A stretch of 64,000 nt of DNA from Okamejei kenojei (lineage: Eukaryota): assembly GCA_035221665.1 (NCBI GenBank), contig CM069147.1, positions 17,794,001 to 17,858,000 of the forward strand. Reading direction: 5' to 3'. Both the position numbers and the translations under genes were made by a program. Below the pieces are notes generated by a model. That model was not told the DNA's origin and did not search any database. It saw only the letters and a list, made by a program, of their open reading frames with translations. Shown here piece by piece: positions 39,520-52,535 of the stretch (positions are counted from its first letter, which is position 1; each line of letters starts with the position of its first letter).

Positions 39520-39707
39520 GTCCTAGCATGTTTGCTGAAGCTGTTTCTTATATTCAGACCCAATATGAGAGCAAGAACAAGTCTGTGAGCAAAGAGATCT
39601 ACACGCACATCACCTGTGCAACCGATACCAATAACATCCAGTTTGTTTTTGATGCAGTAACCGATGTGATTATTGCTAACAATCTGCGAGGGTGCGGACT
39701 GTACTAG
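39520..39707 (+). CDS. GNAO1: G(o) alpha alternative terminal exon 8B coding part (188 bp incl. TAG)
   Basis: Acceptor ctctctctgtttcAG. Translates (G)[61 protein letters not shown]. Contains G5 TCAT, the pertussis-toxin site Cys at -4, and B-type residues (QYESKNK, IYTH, QFVF). Confidence 0.96.
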
Positions 39708-39989
39708 AAACTTCGGATGCAAGAGGATGGCATTTTTGCAGACAGTTCTACCACTGGTTTTACCATAGAAGGAAACAGAGCAACCTATTTTCAAAATCAA
39801 CTTGCAGAGAGAGCGGAATTGGACAGGTTTTATCGTCACTTGCACTTATGGGTCAGGGAGCACGATACATAACCCTTAAGGCACAGTTATACTGCTACTT
39901 TTGCATTGATGATGTAGGTGCCCTTCAGTGCCTAAGTAGCGGTAAAACTCATGAGACCACTGATAGCAGAGGAACCTGGAAGTGGGAGG

Positions 39990-40202
39990 AGACACAAGGA
40001 ACTGCATATGCTGGAATCGAGCAAAAAAAACAAAGTGCTGAAAGAACTGAGTTCAGGCAACATCTGTGGAGGGAAATTATAGACATTGTTTCGGGTCGAG
40101 GCCCTTCTTCAGACTGAAGAAGGATCTTGACCTGAAACATTGTCTGTCCATTTCCCTCCACAGATGCTGCCTAACTTACTGAGTTCCTGCAGCACTTTGT
40201 CG
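39990..40202. mobile_element. PLE-derived inverted dimer in the presumptive GoB 3'UTR
   Basis: ...gtttcgggtcgaggcccttcttcagactgaagaaggatcttgacctgaaac... has dyad symmetry about ~40112, and the flanking arms are complementary. Confidence 0.8.
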
Positions 40203-42067
40203 TTTGGATCCGAGAGGGTGCCTCTCATTTTAGCTGGCTCCTGCATTGAGTGCCATATATTGTTTGCTTAGTGGTGCTGGCCCATTCATTCATACGTAAG
40301 CATTCACATTTTTATCAATGTACACATGTATGCTCAGGTATACATACCTGGCCCCAATATATGAAACACACACATACAGACGCACACACGCACACACACA
40401 TGCGGATTGCATCCTTGTAAATTGTTCTTTGCCGTCTCCTTTGCATGTTCTCATGGTGCGTTCAGTTCAAACACATTTATCCTAGCGTTAATGTTCATCA
40501 TCTTAATTATGTACATTTCAGAATTAAGAACTATACTGCTCACTCACTTCTCAATTTGATGAACAAGCTGATTATTTCACATTTTTGGTGCGACTGCTAA
40601 AACTAAAATTGTGATTTAGTCAGATATTGCTGAGGAAATGGTGAATGATTATCTGGCTCATGCTGTGATTACAAGTAGGCTAGGCTTTGTCAAAACACTA
40701 CTGTCTAGTTGTGTGTTGTCTGGTCCATGAGGATTCATGTTATCTAGTCTTGTGGACCTGTGTTGACTCTCTTGTCTGTCCGACAAGTGAGGAGCCATAT
40801 CATCGGCTTCATGCAGACCTGTATTATCAGGTCAGAAGGAATCACAAAAAGGTTTTATGGCTCAACGAAACAAACAAAGTCAGTACTGGGTCCATGTGTT
40901 AATGTATGTTCAAGTGTCTGCCTTCCTTGGGGTTCACGATTACAGCCAAAGACTTAGGGTCCAGTATTTGAAAATATTTATTGTACTTGTCATGGTTGGT
41001 CAGTTGTTCATTTTCAAGAACTTCGGTAGGAAGACCTGACAGGTAATTGAGTCCATTATATCTGCACCAGCTCTGAGAAAGAGCAAGACGTGCAGATTAT
41101 TTTTTGCCAATTAATTAAACTGCCAACATTTTAACGATGATCCTTTTAAACACTCCATTATTCTAACTGTGTAAATGGTGTGCTTTTCCCTGCATGCGAG
41201 AGGAGATTCATTAATGCTTCATCCTTAATTAGAAGTCACATTATATCTTAAAAGTCACAACGTATATTAGAGACTACAAAAAAGAATATCAGGGTGACTT
41301 AAATCAAAATTATTTAACAGAATTAAAGTAAAATAACTTTATTTCTGCCCCATTTAATGACCTGTTTGTCCTTTCAAAAGAAGCTGTATTTGGAAGATTT
41401 ATTATTACATTGAGTTTTTCTGCGGTGTTCCTCCCTCTCCCCAGGCACAGGACGAGTACTTTGTGGAAGAACTCCAAAACCATAAATAGCATGTTTACAT
41501 TCTGATTGCATGGAAGAGTCTGGGCTATTAATTGCTTGTGGGATGGATAGGTGCAGAATTCACTTTCTTGGGTGTTTTCACAACAGTTGAGTCACAGTCT
41601 GGCTATTTAAACAATTAACAGGACTCAACTCAAAGCTTCAGTGGAAGATTTTGGCATGGAAGTGGCAATAAGTGTTTTTTACATTCGGAACGGAATCAAG
41701 GGATATGGGGAGAAAGCAGGAACAGGGTACTAATTTTGGATTATCAGCCATGATCATATTGAATGCCGGTGCTGGCTTGAAGGGTCGAATAGCCTACTCT
41801 ACACATATTTTCTATGTTTCTATTTTTCTACATTGAGTTTTCTATATTGAGTTATCCCATTTGAGTGATGCAGATAATTGCAGTGGGTGTCCATTTATTC
41901 ACCCAACAAGGTGAGACTTAGCATACCACACGGGTTCACAACTAGCTACCAGTAGGATCAGTGTCTCTGAATCAAACATTGTTTCCGAGAAGGTGACAGA
42001 ATAATCTTTGGTCCTCCAAGATTCCAAAGGCCTTAGTTGTTCACTCCCTCTGACAACATAGGCAATC

Positions 42068-42280
42068 TTTTTTTTTAATTTAAAAATAGACTTTATTCAA
42101 TTAATAAATATATTCAATACAGGAACTGTGCAAAAAAAATCATCCTACATTCTCGGAGGCTATACAAACATTACATACTGTTTACACAAATTACACAAAT
42201 GTATCCCCCACCCTTGCCACTCATGTAGTCCACTGGCGTGGAATCCCTTCCCTTATTTTTGAGGGGTGTCTCCACCACAC
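42068..42280 (-). mobile_element. 5'-truncated poly(A) retroelement (L1/Tx1-like 3' end) with TSD
   Basis: Poly-T head with tttatt on the + strand. Imperfect 11-bp TSD cataggcaatc (42057-67) / catatgcaatc (42281-91). Confidence 0.6.
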
Positions 42281-45200
42281 CATATGCAATCACAACAATA
42301 GGTGGCAGCAAATAACCAACTTGAGCATTAGAGAACGATTCAGCGGATTCTGCTCCTGATATTTTCATCTTCTCTTAGAGAATAATTAAGGCTTCGTCCC
42401 TTGTATCCACATTGTCAGAGAGTGAACTTTTCTTCTCATAGAAAAGCTTTGCCGTGCTTTCCAACTCCCGGACCAGTGCATTGGCTGTAACAGCATCTAA
42501 AAGCAGGAATAGTTTCTGGCACTAAGTTATAGACTTCCTCCCTCCCAAATTCTCTCCCCCACATGCACACACACCTATCCTTTAGCTGAAAGTAATAATT
42601 ACCTTAAATCTGTACACCTTGACTTTTCAGGGAAATTGGCTTCTATTGTAATTCTATACACCCCAACAAACTCTCTCTTCAGCTTCCTCTGTGCCAAAGA
42701 AAACAGTTCCCACCTGATCGATCTCCGTTCCTCCCTAAAATTCTCCAGTTTAGGCAAAAATCTCCATTGTTAATTTCTGTACTCTCTTTAAAATATGGCC
42801 ACTGGAGCCATGCACAATACTGTAATGTGACCCAACCACGTCTTTTTGTACTGTTCTGCCACAACCTCGATATCTTTCTTAACCACTTCATCCATCTGTC
42901 TTGCCACCTTCAGGGAATTGTGAACATGCAGACAAAGGTCCTATTTCTCTATCCTACACAAACGTAATGCCTTATAATTCTACGTATTAACACGTCTTTG
43001 CCATTTTTCTTCTCACCTAACCAGTTTTTTGACAATTTCCTGTAGCGTTAAGCTTTTCTCCTTCCCATCAACCACATGCCTATTATTTTCAATATTTTTT
43101 TCTTACTCTTTTCTTGGTTTTGTTTCCCAGTTGCAGCATTTTCTTGATTTTTGAATGTTGTTTTCTTTTCACTGTTTTATAGAATATATGTATAATTTAT
43201 GTTTTATGTGCTGTCTGAGTCCATATGCCTTTGATGCTGCTGCAAGTAAGCTTTTCATTATACCTGCACTTCACCATACTTGTGTTTATACCCATAAATT
43301 GACGACTTCCTAACTTCTTAATCTTTATACATTTTTAAAAGTCTATATTGACATTTCCTTCATTTCTTTGCCAATAGTTTTTCAGGCTCTCTTTTTATTT
43401 GCCAAAGTTCCTTAAACGTTCAACTTTAAACATTCAACACTCTCTATAGGATTCGGCTCAAGATATCTGACATGTCCTTTTTAGCCTTTTCCTATCTGAA
43501 GATTCTTAATCCTCACCATCAACCAGATGCCTATTATTTTCTGTCTAAATGCCGAATAATATCTCTCAAAAGGCTGTGGACCAATTTTCAAACCCTGGTG
43601 GAAATGGTTGCCCAGTCATTGAAATGCTCATCAAACATTGCTCTTTATTTCCACTGGGCCAATTTTATGTCCACCTTGCAATGTTACTTTGGATCCCATG
43701 GGATTTTGTTTTTCCTATTAGTGTGCCCCAAAACCGCGTCAACTCCATACACACTAAGTATACCATAACACATAAAATGCTGGAAACAATTAACATGACT
43801 GGCAACATCTGTGGAGAGTGAAACAGCATTAACATTTCTGATTGTTGACCCTCAAAAAAGTTAAGCAAGTTGCTCAGATACAACTTTCCCTGAACAAATT
43901 CCTGCTGACTATCCTCAACTGATTTGATCCTATCAACGGGATAATGAATACAGTCACTCGAATTATTTTGCTATTGCTTTGTCTCCCCACCTTATCCAAG
44001 GTTGGACTGACTGAGCCATAATTACTCAGTCTATCGCTTTATTCTTTTTTCTTACAATGGCGCACCAAAGGTACTCCAGGACCATGCTAGTGTCAGAAAG
44101 AATTGTCAAATGGTCAGATTACTACTGTTTCCTCTCTAACAGCAAGAAATGAATTCTTCTAACAGCCTAGAATACATTTCATCCTAATGTGGCAACTTAC
44201 AGTGCTAAACACATTAACAATCCCTTTCTACAAAATCAATATTGTATGTTCCTTCTCAGCCACAATGTCTACTTACAACCATGCACGTTGAACACTCTTC
44301 TGCACGTCCTGCAGTATTGAGCTCACGATACCTGACATAAGTTCTTTTGTTCTCTTTCCCTATCCTGTACACATCCTGCAGGGCCCCAGTTTGAAATCAT
44401 GGGGTAATATTTGCATCAAATTCTCTCCATCTCCTTTTTGAATGCCTTGCATTCTTCCAAAATAGCTGATTCCAGTCACACACATACCACCTAGTCTTTC
44501 CCCAATTGAAGCATTCACCCCAGGCTTTTATTTGATACATTTATCCATGATTACACAAATTTTAACTGGCATTATTGGCTACAAATACTTTTAGTGACAG
44601 ATCAAAGGACCTGTCAACCTACTGATGGAAACCTGCTACAGCAGAATCATGGATAGTGCTTAGATTGTGACTGCATTCATTTACTTCAAATGTTGTACTG
44701 AAGGACACTGTTTATGACTGAGAGTAGAAAATAATGATGCCACAGCATAAGGTTAATAGGTACTGATCCATGTTTTGCATTTTATCTAGGACAGTGATGG
44801 AAGTTGCATAAAGATAGTGTGTATTGGGTGTTGTCCATTTACTGGCAGCTCAATTGCAGCGTACTATGGGCTACAAAGAGAGTTTGGCAAAATGAGAAGA
44901 TTCCTGAAGATGTTATCCATCTTGGAATATTGATGTTCTCTGTGGGAAGTGGATGAAACTTGTGTTGGTGGATGTAGAAAATACAAATCATTTCAAAAGC
45001 CTATCCCAATAGATCTTTCAGCAAAGGAGCATGTTTAATGAATTTGTTACAGGACATACATTTTCCTTTTACTGAAGATGGGACATAAGAATGCAGTACT
45101 TCTGTAGAATGATGATTTAATTTTGTGGTGCTAGGTTATTGCTGCCTCATAGCTGCTCCATATGGGATAGTTATTGAGATAGCTTATACCATTACTTGTG

Positions 45201-45751
45201 ATAGCTTATACCATATAGATCACCAACTGTCAGTATTATTATAGAATAAATCTTATACTATAGGCCATCCACTGGCTTTGAACATCTCATGAAGGTCTGC
45301 CATTTGCTGTAAAGGCTTTGAATGCCAGTTATGCTTATTTAACTCTGAAAAATGTCCATCGACCTAATAATATGGTATTCCCTTCTACAGTTTTAACCAC
45401 AAATTGGGTGATACCTGGTAGTCCAGTGCAATGACATCAGTAGAGGTGTACTGCACACAAGTGAACATTGAGGAACATGGGAGTACATCTTTGTCCAAAA
45501 TCTAGCCGTAATGAAGTCCTCGCTCTCATAGTATGTGCCAATGTTTAGTGCCAATCTCATGGTCATCTCTCTGTGGGGCTATGAACCAAAACATGGTTTA
45601 AGTGACTGCTTAGGCTAATGTAGTATTTTATTGCTAATTACACATAAATGACATAGAACTTACAATACCTTTGTAAGAGGTATGGATCAGTTTTACATTA
45701 GCATGTACTGTTATTTATTTCTGTTGTTAATGTATTTATTAGTAAGATGTC

Positions 45752-45757
45752 AATAAA
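45752..45757 (+). terminator. Candidate polyadenylation signal for GoB (8B) mRNA
   Basis: AATAAA with upstream TGTA and U-rich elements (gcatgtactgttatttatttctgttgttaatgtatttatt) and a downstream GU-rich tract (gtgtatgcatttgtctcctttttgtgtctg). Lies between 8B and 7A. Confidence 0.5.
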
Positions 45758-47785
45758 GTGCCAACTGTTTACTAGTGTATGCATTTGTCTCCTTTTTGTG
45801 TCTGAACTAATGAAGCTGAGCATATTCTTTGTGTCATTTAGACCTGTGATTCTGACGTGAGAGACCCAATTTAGGGTTGCTCCTTCTAATTTTCAAGGAA
45901 GCGAAAATCAGTGAAGTAATCTTAGTCTTTGGAAAGCTTCTGAACATCTTACAGGATTGCTTCACATTATATATTTGTGCCAATAAATGACTGGCTGTCA
46001 TTACTATCTCAATAGGATATTTGGACTGTTGTCTATAGTTTCCATTATCAATGTTAATTACTCACATACAGAGTTTATGATTCTCTCTCAACAAGTATAT
46101 GATTTTAGTTTGCTCAACTGTCTGCTTTTTCCTCTTATTTAACTGACGTTTTACAGGATAATGTAAGACAACGAGTAGAATAACTGAATGCAGGTGTAAA
46201 CCTAGTGTAATTTCAGATGATGAAACCTAGTGTAATTTCAGATAATTTCGGTAATGTTATTAACTTCAAGAAACCTACGGAAAAAAATATTTTCAAATGG
46301 ATGGATAGATTTGTTCAATTGGTTGGTCAATGCAACTGAAACCATTGCAGGTCTTATTAAATTGTTATTTACAACCAATTACAGCATCCAGTGAAGATTG
46401 TAACATTGCATCTGTAATGATATGGCAGAAAACAATGAGAATGTATTTCCTTCTGTGAATGTAGTCATTGCCTACAAACCTTTTGGACAGTAGTTGGGGA
46501 GAGGGTTTGATGGAGCATATGATCCAGCACAAATCTCATATCAATGCGTCAGAACCGTCAACAGAGAATGTTGTAGTTTACCGTCTCACTGTTTGACTGC
46601 GTGCGGCCTGATGTGTTTCATACCAATGCCATAGTACTCAAGGCATGTTTCTTCATGGAAGGAAGTGATATGATTGAGTTGTATACCTTGGGTTTAAATC
46701 TGCCCAAGCCAATTAATCTCTTGGCTGACCTTCCAGTTTAGACAAAGAAGCTATTGAGCAACTTCTGCTTCTTCTGCTTCTGCTTGCTACTGCACAACCG
46801 CCAACAGCTAGGCTATCTTGTGCAGGTTACGCTGGCATGGGCACTGGTTGCAAAAGGGTTATTTAGATTTTTATGTGGGCAAGTTTGGTGAGATGATCCA
46901 AGTCCTGGTTGACGAGCTGTGACTTGAAGAGTGACAAGATTGGTGCACATCTGGTAGTGTCAGGAAGGACATTCCACTCTCGGATAGTCCATGGATATAG
47001 TGACTGTAGTTAGCTATTTTTGTTTGCACCAATTCAACCCTCAATAAATAAAGTGACCTGAGGACTGTCTTGTAGATTTCTGCCAGCAAAACTAAAGAAA
47101 AGCCAGCTATCTTGTTACAGGGGAAACTCTTAGCAAAACCTGATGATAGTGAAGCACTGCATTGTAAATGAAAATACAAAACATTTGCTGATGTTGGAAA
47201 ATAGATAAAACAGAAAATGCCGGGAAGAAATTCTGCAGGTTAGGCAGCAGAAACAGAGTTAATGTGTCAGGTCTAATATTCTGATATAACAATTAGGAAA
47301 GAAAGAAAACTTGTTTTGAGTGTGGAGAAGGTTTGAAAGTGAGAGGTAGAACAAGGGGAATATCTGTATTGTTTATACATGCATTGTGCATTTTGATGTT
47401 GTTTGCAGCAGGTGTGATTCTGTGATTCCCATTCTCCACAGCCCTCACTCAATTAGAATATGATATTTTAACCTGGAAAGATTAATTTTGTATATTATAA
47501 ATGACAACTTTAACAATCTAGAGACATGGTCATAACAATAATGGAGTGAACAAGTTTAAATTTAGTTAAGAATTTAAATGGGGCCTACCGATGTCAACAG
47601 AACAGGGCTAAATTCACATGTTTCTACATAGAGCAAAAAGAGAAGGCTTTATATTTTAGATGTTGTGTGTGTGAGTGTGTATGTGCGTGAGCATATGCAA
47701 AATGTCTCTGCTTCTAAACAATCAATTGCCTGAACTTGGTAGAGTCTTATCTATATCTAATATCTATTTGTCTCATATTTATTAA

Positions 47786-48151
<366 letters not shown>

Positions 48152-49784
48152 TAACCCTTTTCCATGTCATGTTTGTGGGGTCCATACCCTCAGATGTTCC
48201 AGGCTTGCCAATTCCAAATGCGTGTGTGTAAACAGTGATTGTAAAATACACTGGGGCTGGCTGAGCGAAGTTGAGGTGGAAGGGAAAGAGAGTTTAGGTT
48301 GCATACTGCATCAGGGAGGAGGTTTTGCAGATCTGAGGTCTTTCCATATTTTGCAAAGCGTTTGACGAAGCTTTAGCTTTGTGTAAGTATATAAGATGGA
48401 TGACAACCAATGAGCATCACATTTTTTTCACTAACTTCAAGAGAAATGGAAAGCCAGGAGATGTATAACACAGGCTGCCAACGGGTGAATATTGATACTC
48501 TACATTAATGCAGCTTCAGAACTTACCCCCATGATGGTCACAGATTGAGATTCCAATGAAGTAAAAACTGCGAAGAATTCATGAACCTTCAGATATTCTT
48601 CATGTGTATGTTAGAAAATAAAATATGAAAATAGAAAGGGGTTGAAATGCTTGCCAGGTCTGGCCATATCTGGAGAGAAGAGTTCACTTTTCCTCAAAGC
48701 TGGATGGCAATACAATCTGGTCTCTTGCCATTGGTGTACATATCTGTTTATTTAGTCATGTTTCTGTAGTATATTCATGCTTGTTTTGGTACATGTGGAT
48801 CTGGGTGTCCATGCATTTATCTGCTTATTTCAAACTGCAAATTATCTGTCCATTTATGTAAATATCTGGGTGAATGTGTGCATCTGCACATCTGTGACTG
48901 TGCTCATATAGGTGCCCACAGTAAACCTTTACATATTAAAGCCATTACATCTGTCCATTTGTACATGTTTGTGGATTAGGCAGTGGTCAGTGGTACCTGT
49001 CATGGCATGAGCAATGTGACTATCCCTGCGGTGTGCCACTCAGGTGATAATGTCATCTCACAGTTCCCTGCGGCTTGATCAGCAATGTTGTCAAGAGGTC
49101 TTGTGTTTGTCACTCAGGTGAAACCCGGTGCTGGTAATGACAGCAATTTTGTCCGAAGCTGGACTTAAGACATAGGAGGTCACCGCTCTGTGGCATGGGA
49201 TTAAAACATACAGAGACCGTTCTACTGCATGGGCATTAGCACGTAAACAGGTGGCCTAAGGTGCAGGGGCTGACAGCACACACGCACACACACACGCATG
49301 CACGCAACACACTCACACACTAACCACCTACTTCTTTGACCTCCCTTGATCTCCTCCATCTCCAAACCTCTTCTCCTCAGTGACCCTCACTTCTTAAACT
49401 CCTCTGCCCTTTCAGTGCCCTCGTTCCAATCGCATGTCCCCCTCATTCTCATTTCTCTGATCCAATGGAAAGGTTATGCTGTTGACATTGGGTTTATGCC
49501 AGAGCAGAACAATGTGACCGTTTCAGATTCATCAAACAGCAATCCACCCTGACCTAACGCCTGGGACTTCCGCTGGCTCAGGAAATATGTGTCCAGAGTG
49601 CTATTCATGACAGCGACATTAACAGTGCTGAAATGCCCTATGTTAACTTTCCAGCTTGGCTTTCAATCTCATCGGTCTGAAAAATTACTTGTATATTACT
49701 CACAGAACAACCAGTTACTAAATACCATTTCGCCTGAAGGCCAAGCATAAGTACTTTGCAAAATTGAGACACATCAGTTAACCC

Positions 49785-50128
49785 TTGCTGTCTCCTCCCC
49801 TTCCCACCTCTCCCTCAGCCCTCGGGCCGTGGCATTCCCTCTCTCTCCATCTCCCTCCCCCACCCTAGTCGCACCAGCTCCCTCCCCCACCCTAGTCGCA
49901 CCAGCTTCACCACAAACAGCTTACAATGGCTTGTTCCCTTTATCATCGATACTTTTTTGCATATCTTTCATTCATTGTTCTTTATCTCTCCACATCACCG
50001 TCTATATCTCTCGTTTCCCTGATCCCTGACCAGTCTGAAGAAGGGTCTCGACCCGAAACGTCGCCTATCTCCTTCGCTCCTTAGATGCTGCTGCACCCGC
50101 TGAGTTTCTCCAGCCTTTTGTGTACCCT
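49785..50128 (+). mobile_element. Penelope-like pLTR fragment with intact hammerhead-like core (50035-50062)
   Basis: cagt-CTGAAGA-a-gggtc-tc-gaccc-GAAAC-GTC. Upstream UTR is shared with the 12920-13143 and 27140 copies. Internal tandem duplication ctccc..ccaccctagtcgcaccag. Confidence 0.8.
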
Positions 50129-52129
50129 CAGTTTCTTATAACATGCTTTAGCTCAAATAATGCATCATTACACCATGGAACACAACAACACTATTTAATA
50201 GCATATCATATATGAAAATTGTGATCTTATGAGCACTTATAAAAACAGCGTTAACTTGCCCCACAAAAACTGAGTTAACACAGCTAAAATGTAGAAAAGG
50301 CCACGAAGGGAAGCACAAAGTAAAACAAGGACAAACAACACAGATTAATGGTGACGATATGAAGTGTAGTCAGATCATGAAAAGGTTGACTAAATGGGAC
50401 AAGGAGTAATTGAAATTAAAACAAGTAATGAAGGAATGGCTGATGGATAAAGGGAATATGCTTCAATAAAGTGTCCAGGAGGCGACAACTAAAGTTGTGA
50501 CTCGTGGTGCATGATGAATGAGGAAATGTGAACAGAAAATTGGTTGACAGAAAGAATGCAAGTAAATAAGTGTGATTCTGATAGGAGAAAGGTGGATGGG
50601 GAGTAACCTATGAACAGCGACTGAGTTATTTTTAAAACATAGATGAAGAGTGTGGATAACGAGAGTAAAATCTCAATGTTCACTTATTAAGTGATAAGCG
50701 TTTGCCATGGAAAATGTGCTAGAGTGTGTTGAACTTTTATCAATGTTTTAACAGAAAGGATTGAGGAATCCTCCTCATTTAGGTGTGACAGATGAGGGCA
50801 TCAATTTATAATGTGAACAGAGACCTTTGATCTGTCAGGTAATTGAGAGTTACGGCAACAGGCAGGAAAGTGCAGCATAGGCTAAGTTCAGATCAGTCAT
50901 GACCTACCTGACCAGCAAAACAGGCTCAAGAGGCCAAGAAGCCTGTTACTGTGCATAGTTCTTCAGCTGTTATATCGGAATTTATTTATTTGCATGCAAT
51001 GTTGCTGGAATTCTTTATCACAGTGAGTTGTAAAAGCAATAAGCATTACATCTTTTAAGGGAAACTTGGTTAAATATTGGAGGTACAAAAAGACATAGGA
51101 GCATAGAAGAGAATAGGGCAGTCATATATTTGGATTGCACTTAGCTTTGACTCAGTGGGTTGAATTGAAACCCTGTGCTCTGTAAGCTTTTACATATGTA
51201 ATGTAGGAAGATTATGTGAGTAATGTTATATGTAAAAGATTATATAAAACAGGTGATGGCAAGATGGTGGTCTGCTTTGCATCTGTCCTTCCTTTTGTTT
51301 CTATTGAAAACAATGTAACTTGAGCTGCTAATTTACATTTGCCAATATTTCATTGCCACACAAGATAAAGGATTCAGCTTTTTGTGCGCTTGTGAGCTGG
51401 AAGGAAGGAAATGCCACAAGCACATTGAGACTAAGCTTAAAATATTCCTGCAACAGGTATTCTGAGGTCAGGTAGAAAGGATTAATGCCAATAGATGTGA
51501 TTAATGCAAAGCTATGTGTTTACGTCTCAGAACGAGCCTCAGATCACTTCTCACATTGCCCACATAATGCTTTAAAACACTGATCCTTTATAATCTTGAG
51601 AAGAATTAATGTTTGGGAATAAACTACAGTTTAAATCCCACTGTGTTAAGTGTTTTTGGAACTGGTTCTGAGGTTTAAAATAATATTTCCAACATTATTG
51701 ATCAGCAAAATTCAGTATGTTTGAATGTAAATTGTTAATTCATCTTCATATAAGTAAGTGCAGAGGGGTGAGACTGCAGGGGAATGAGCTACACTGACTG
51801 ATAAATTGGAGGTTTGATTCAACCGACAAGTCAGAATATTGCCTGAAATAACTTCCTCTCTTTTTATTTGAAGGAGCATCAATGACATCATGCAGCAAAA
51901 TATTCTCAGGAACTAAAATTATCTCTGACTATTCTGCTAATATACAGTATGTGCCAAGGTTCACAACTTAGATTTTTCTCAGTTCGACATTCCACAATTT
52001 CCATAAGGCATCCTGAAGTTTGGCATTCAAAAACTCCCTGTATTTAGAAGGATTATTTCCAATAACCTCTGCATTGGCTAATGCTCTCTCTCATTAAAAT
52101 ATTTCCAGTCTAGCATAATCACATGTCAT

Positions 52130-52535
52130 CAAATTATAGAGTCTTACATGGGGGAAACGAGCCTTTTGGCCCAACTTGCCCACACTGGCCAATATGTACC
52201 ATCTACACTAGCCCACCTGTCTGCACTTGGCACATATACCTTTAAACCTGTCCAATCCATTTACCTGTCTAAATGTTTCTTAAACGTTGTGATAATACCT
52301 GCCTCAACTACCTTCTCCAGCCATATACCTGCCACCCGTTGCATCAAACATTTTCCCTCAGGTTCCTATTAAATCTTTCCCCCCTCACCTAAAACCTATG
52401 TCCTCTGGTTCTCGATTCCCCTACTCTTGGAAAAAACTCTGTGCATCTACCCGATCTATTCCTCTCATGCATTCGTACAGCTCTATAAGATCACCCCTCA
52501 TCCTCCTGCGCTCCTGCGCTACAGTCCTAGCCTGT
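52130..52535 (-). mobile_element. CR1 LINE 3' end (related tails at ~5385-5605 and 60925-61215 on -, and 15445-15585 and 41685-41825 on +)
   Basis: Characteristic CR1 3'UTR and ORF2 end (aagatcacccctcatcctcctg; RLFKTDVRKNFFTQRVVNLWNSLP at 61001-61300). Confidence 0.8.

Noticed and set aside
45175-46243. Short tandem duplications (gatagcttatacca x2 at ~45178-45213; aaacctagtgtaatttcagat x2 at ~46198-46243)
   Set aside because: Ordinary slippage duplications with no further structure.
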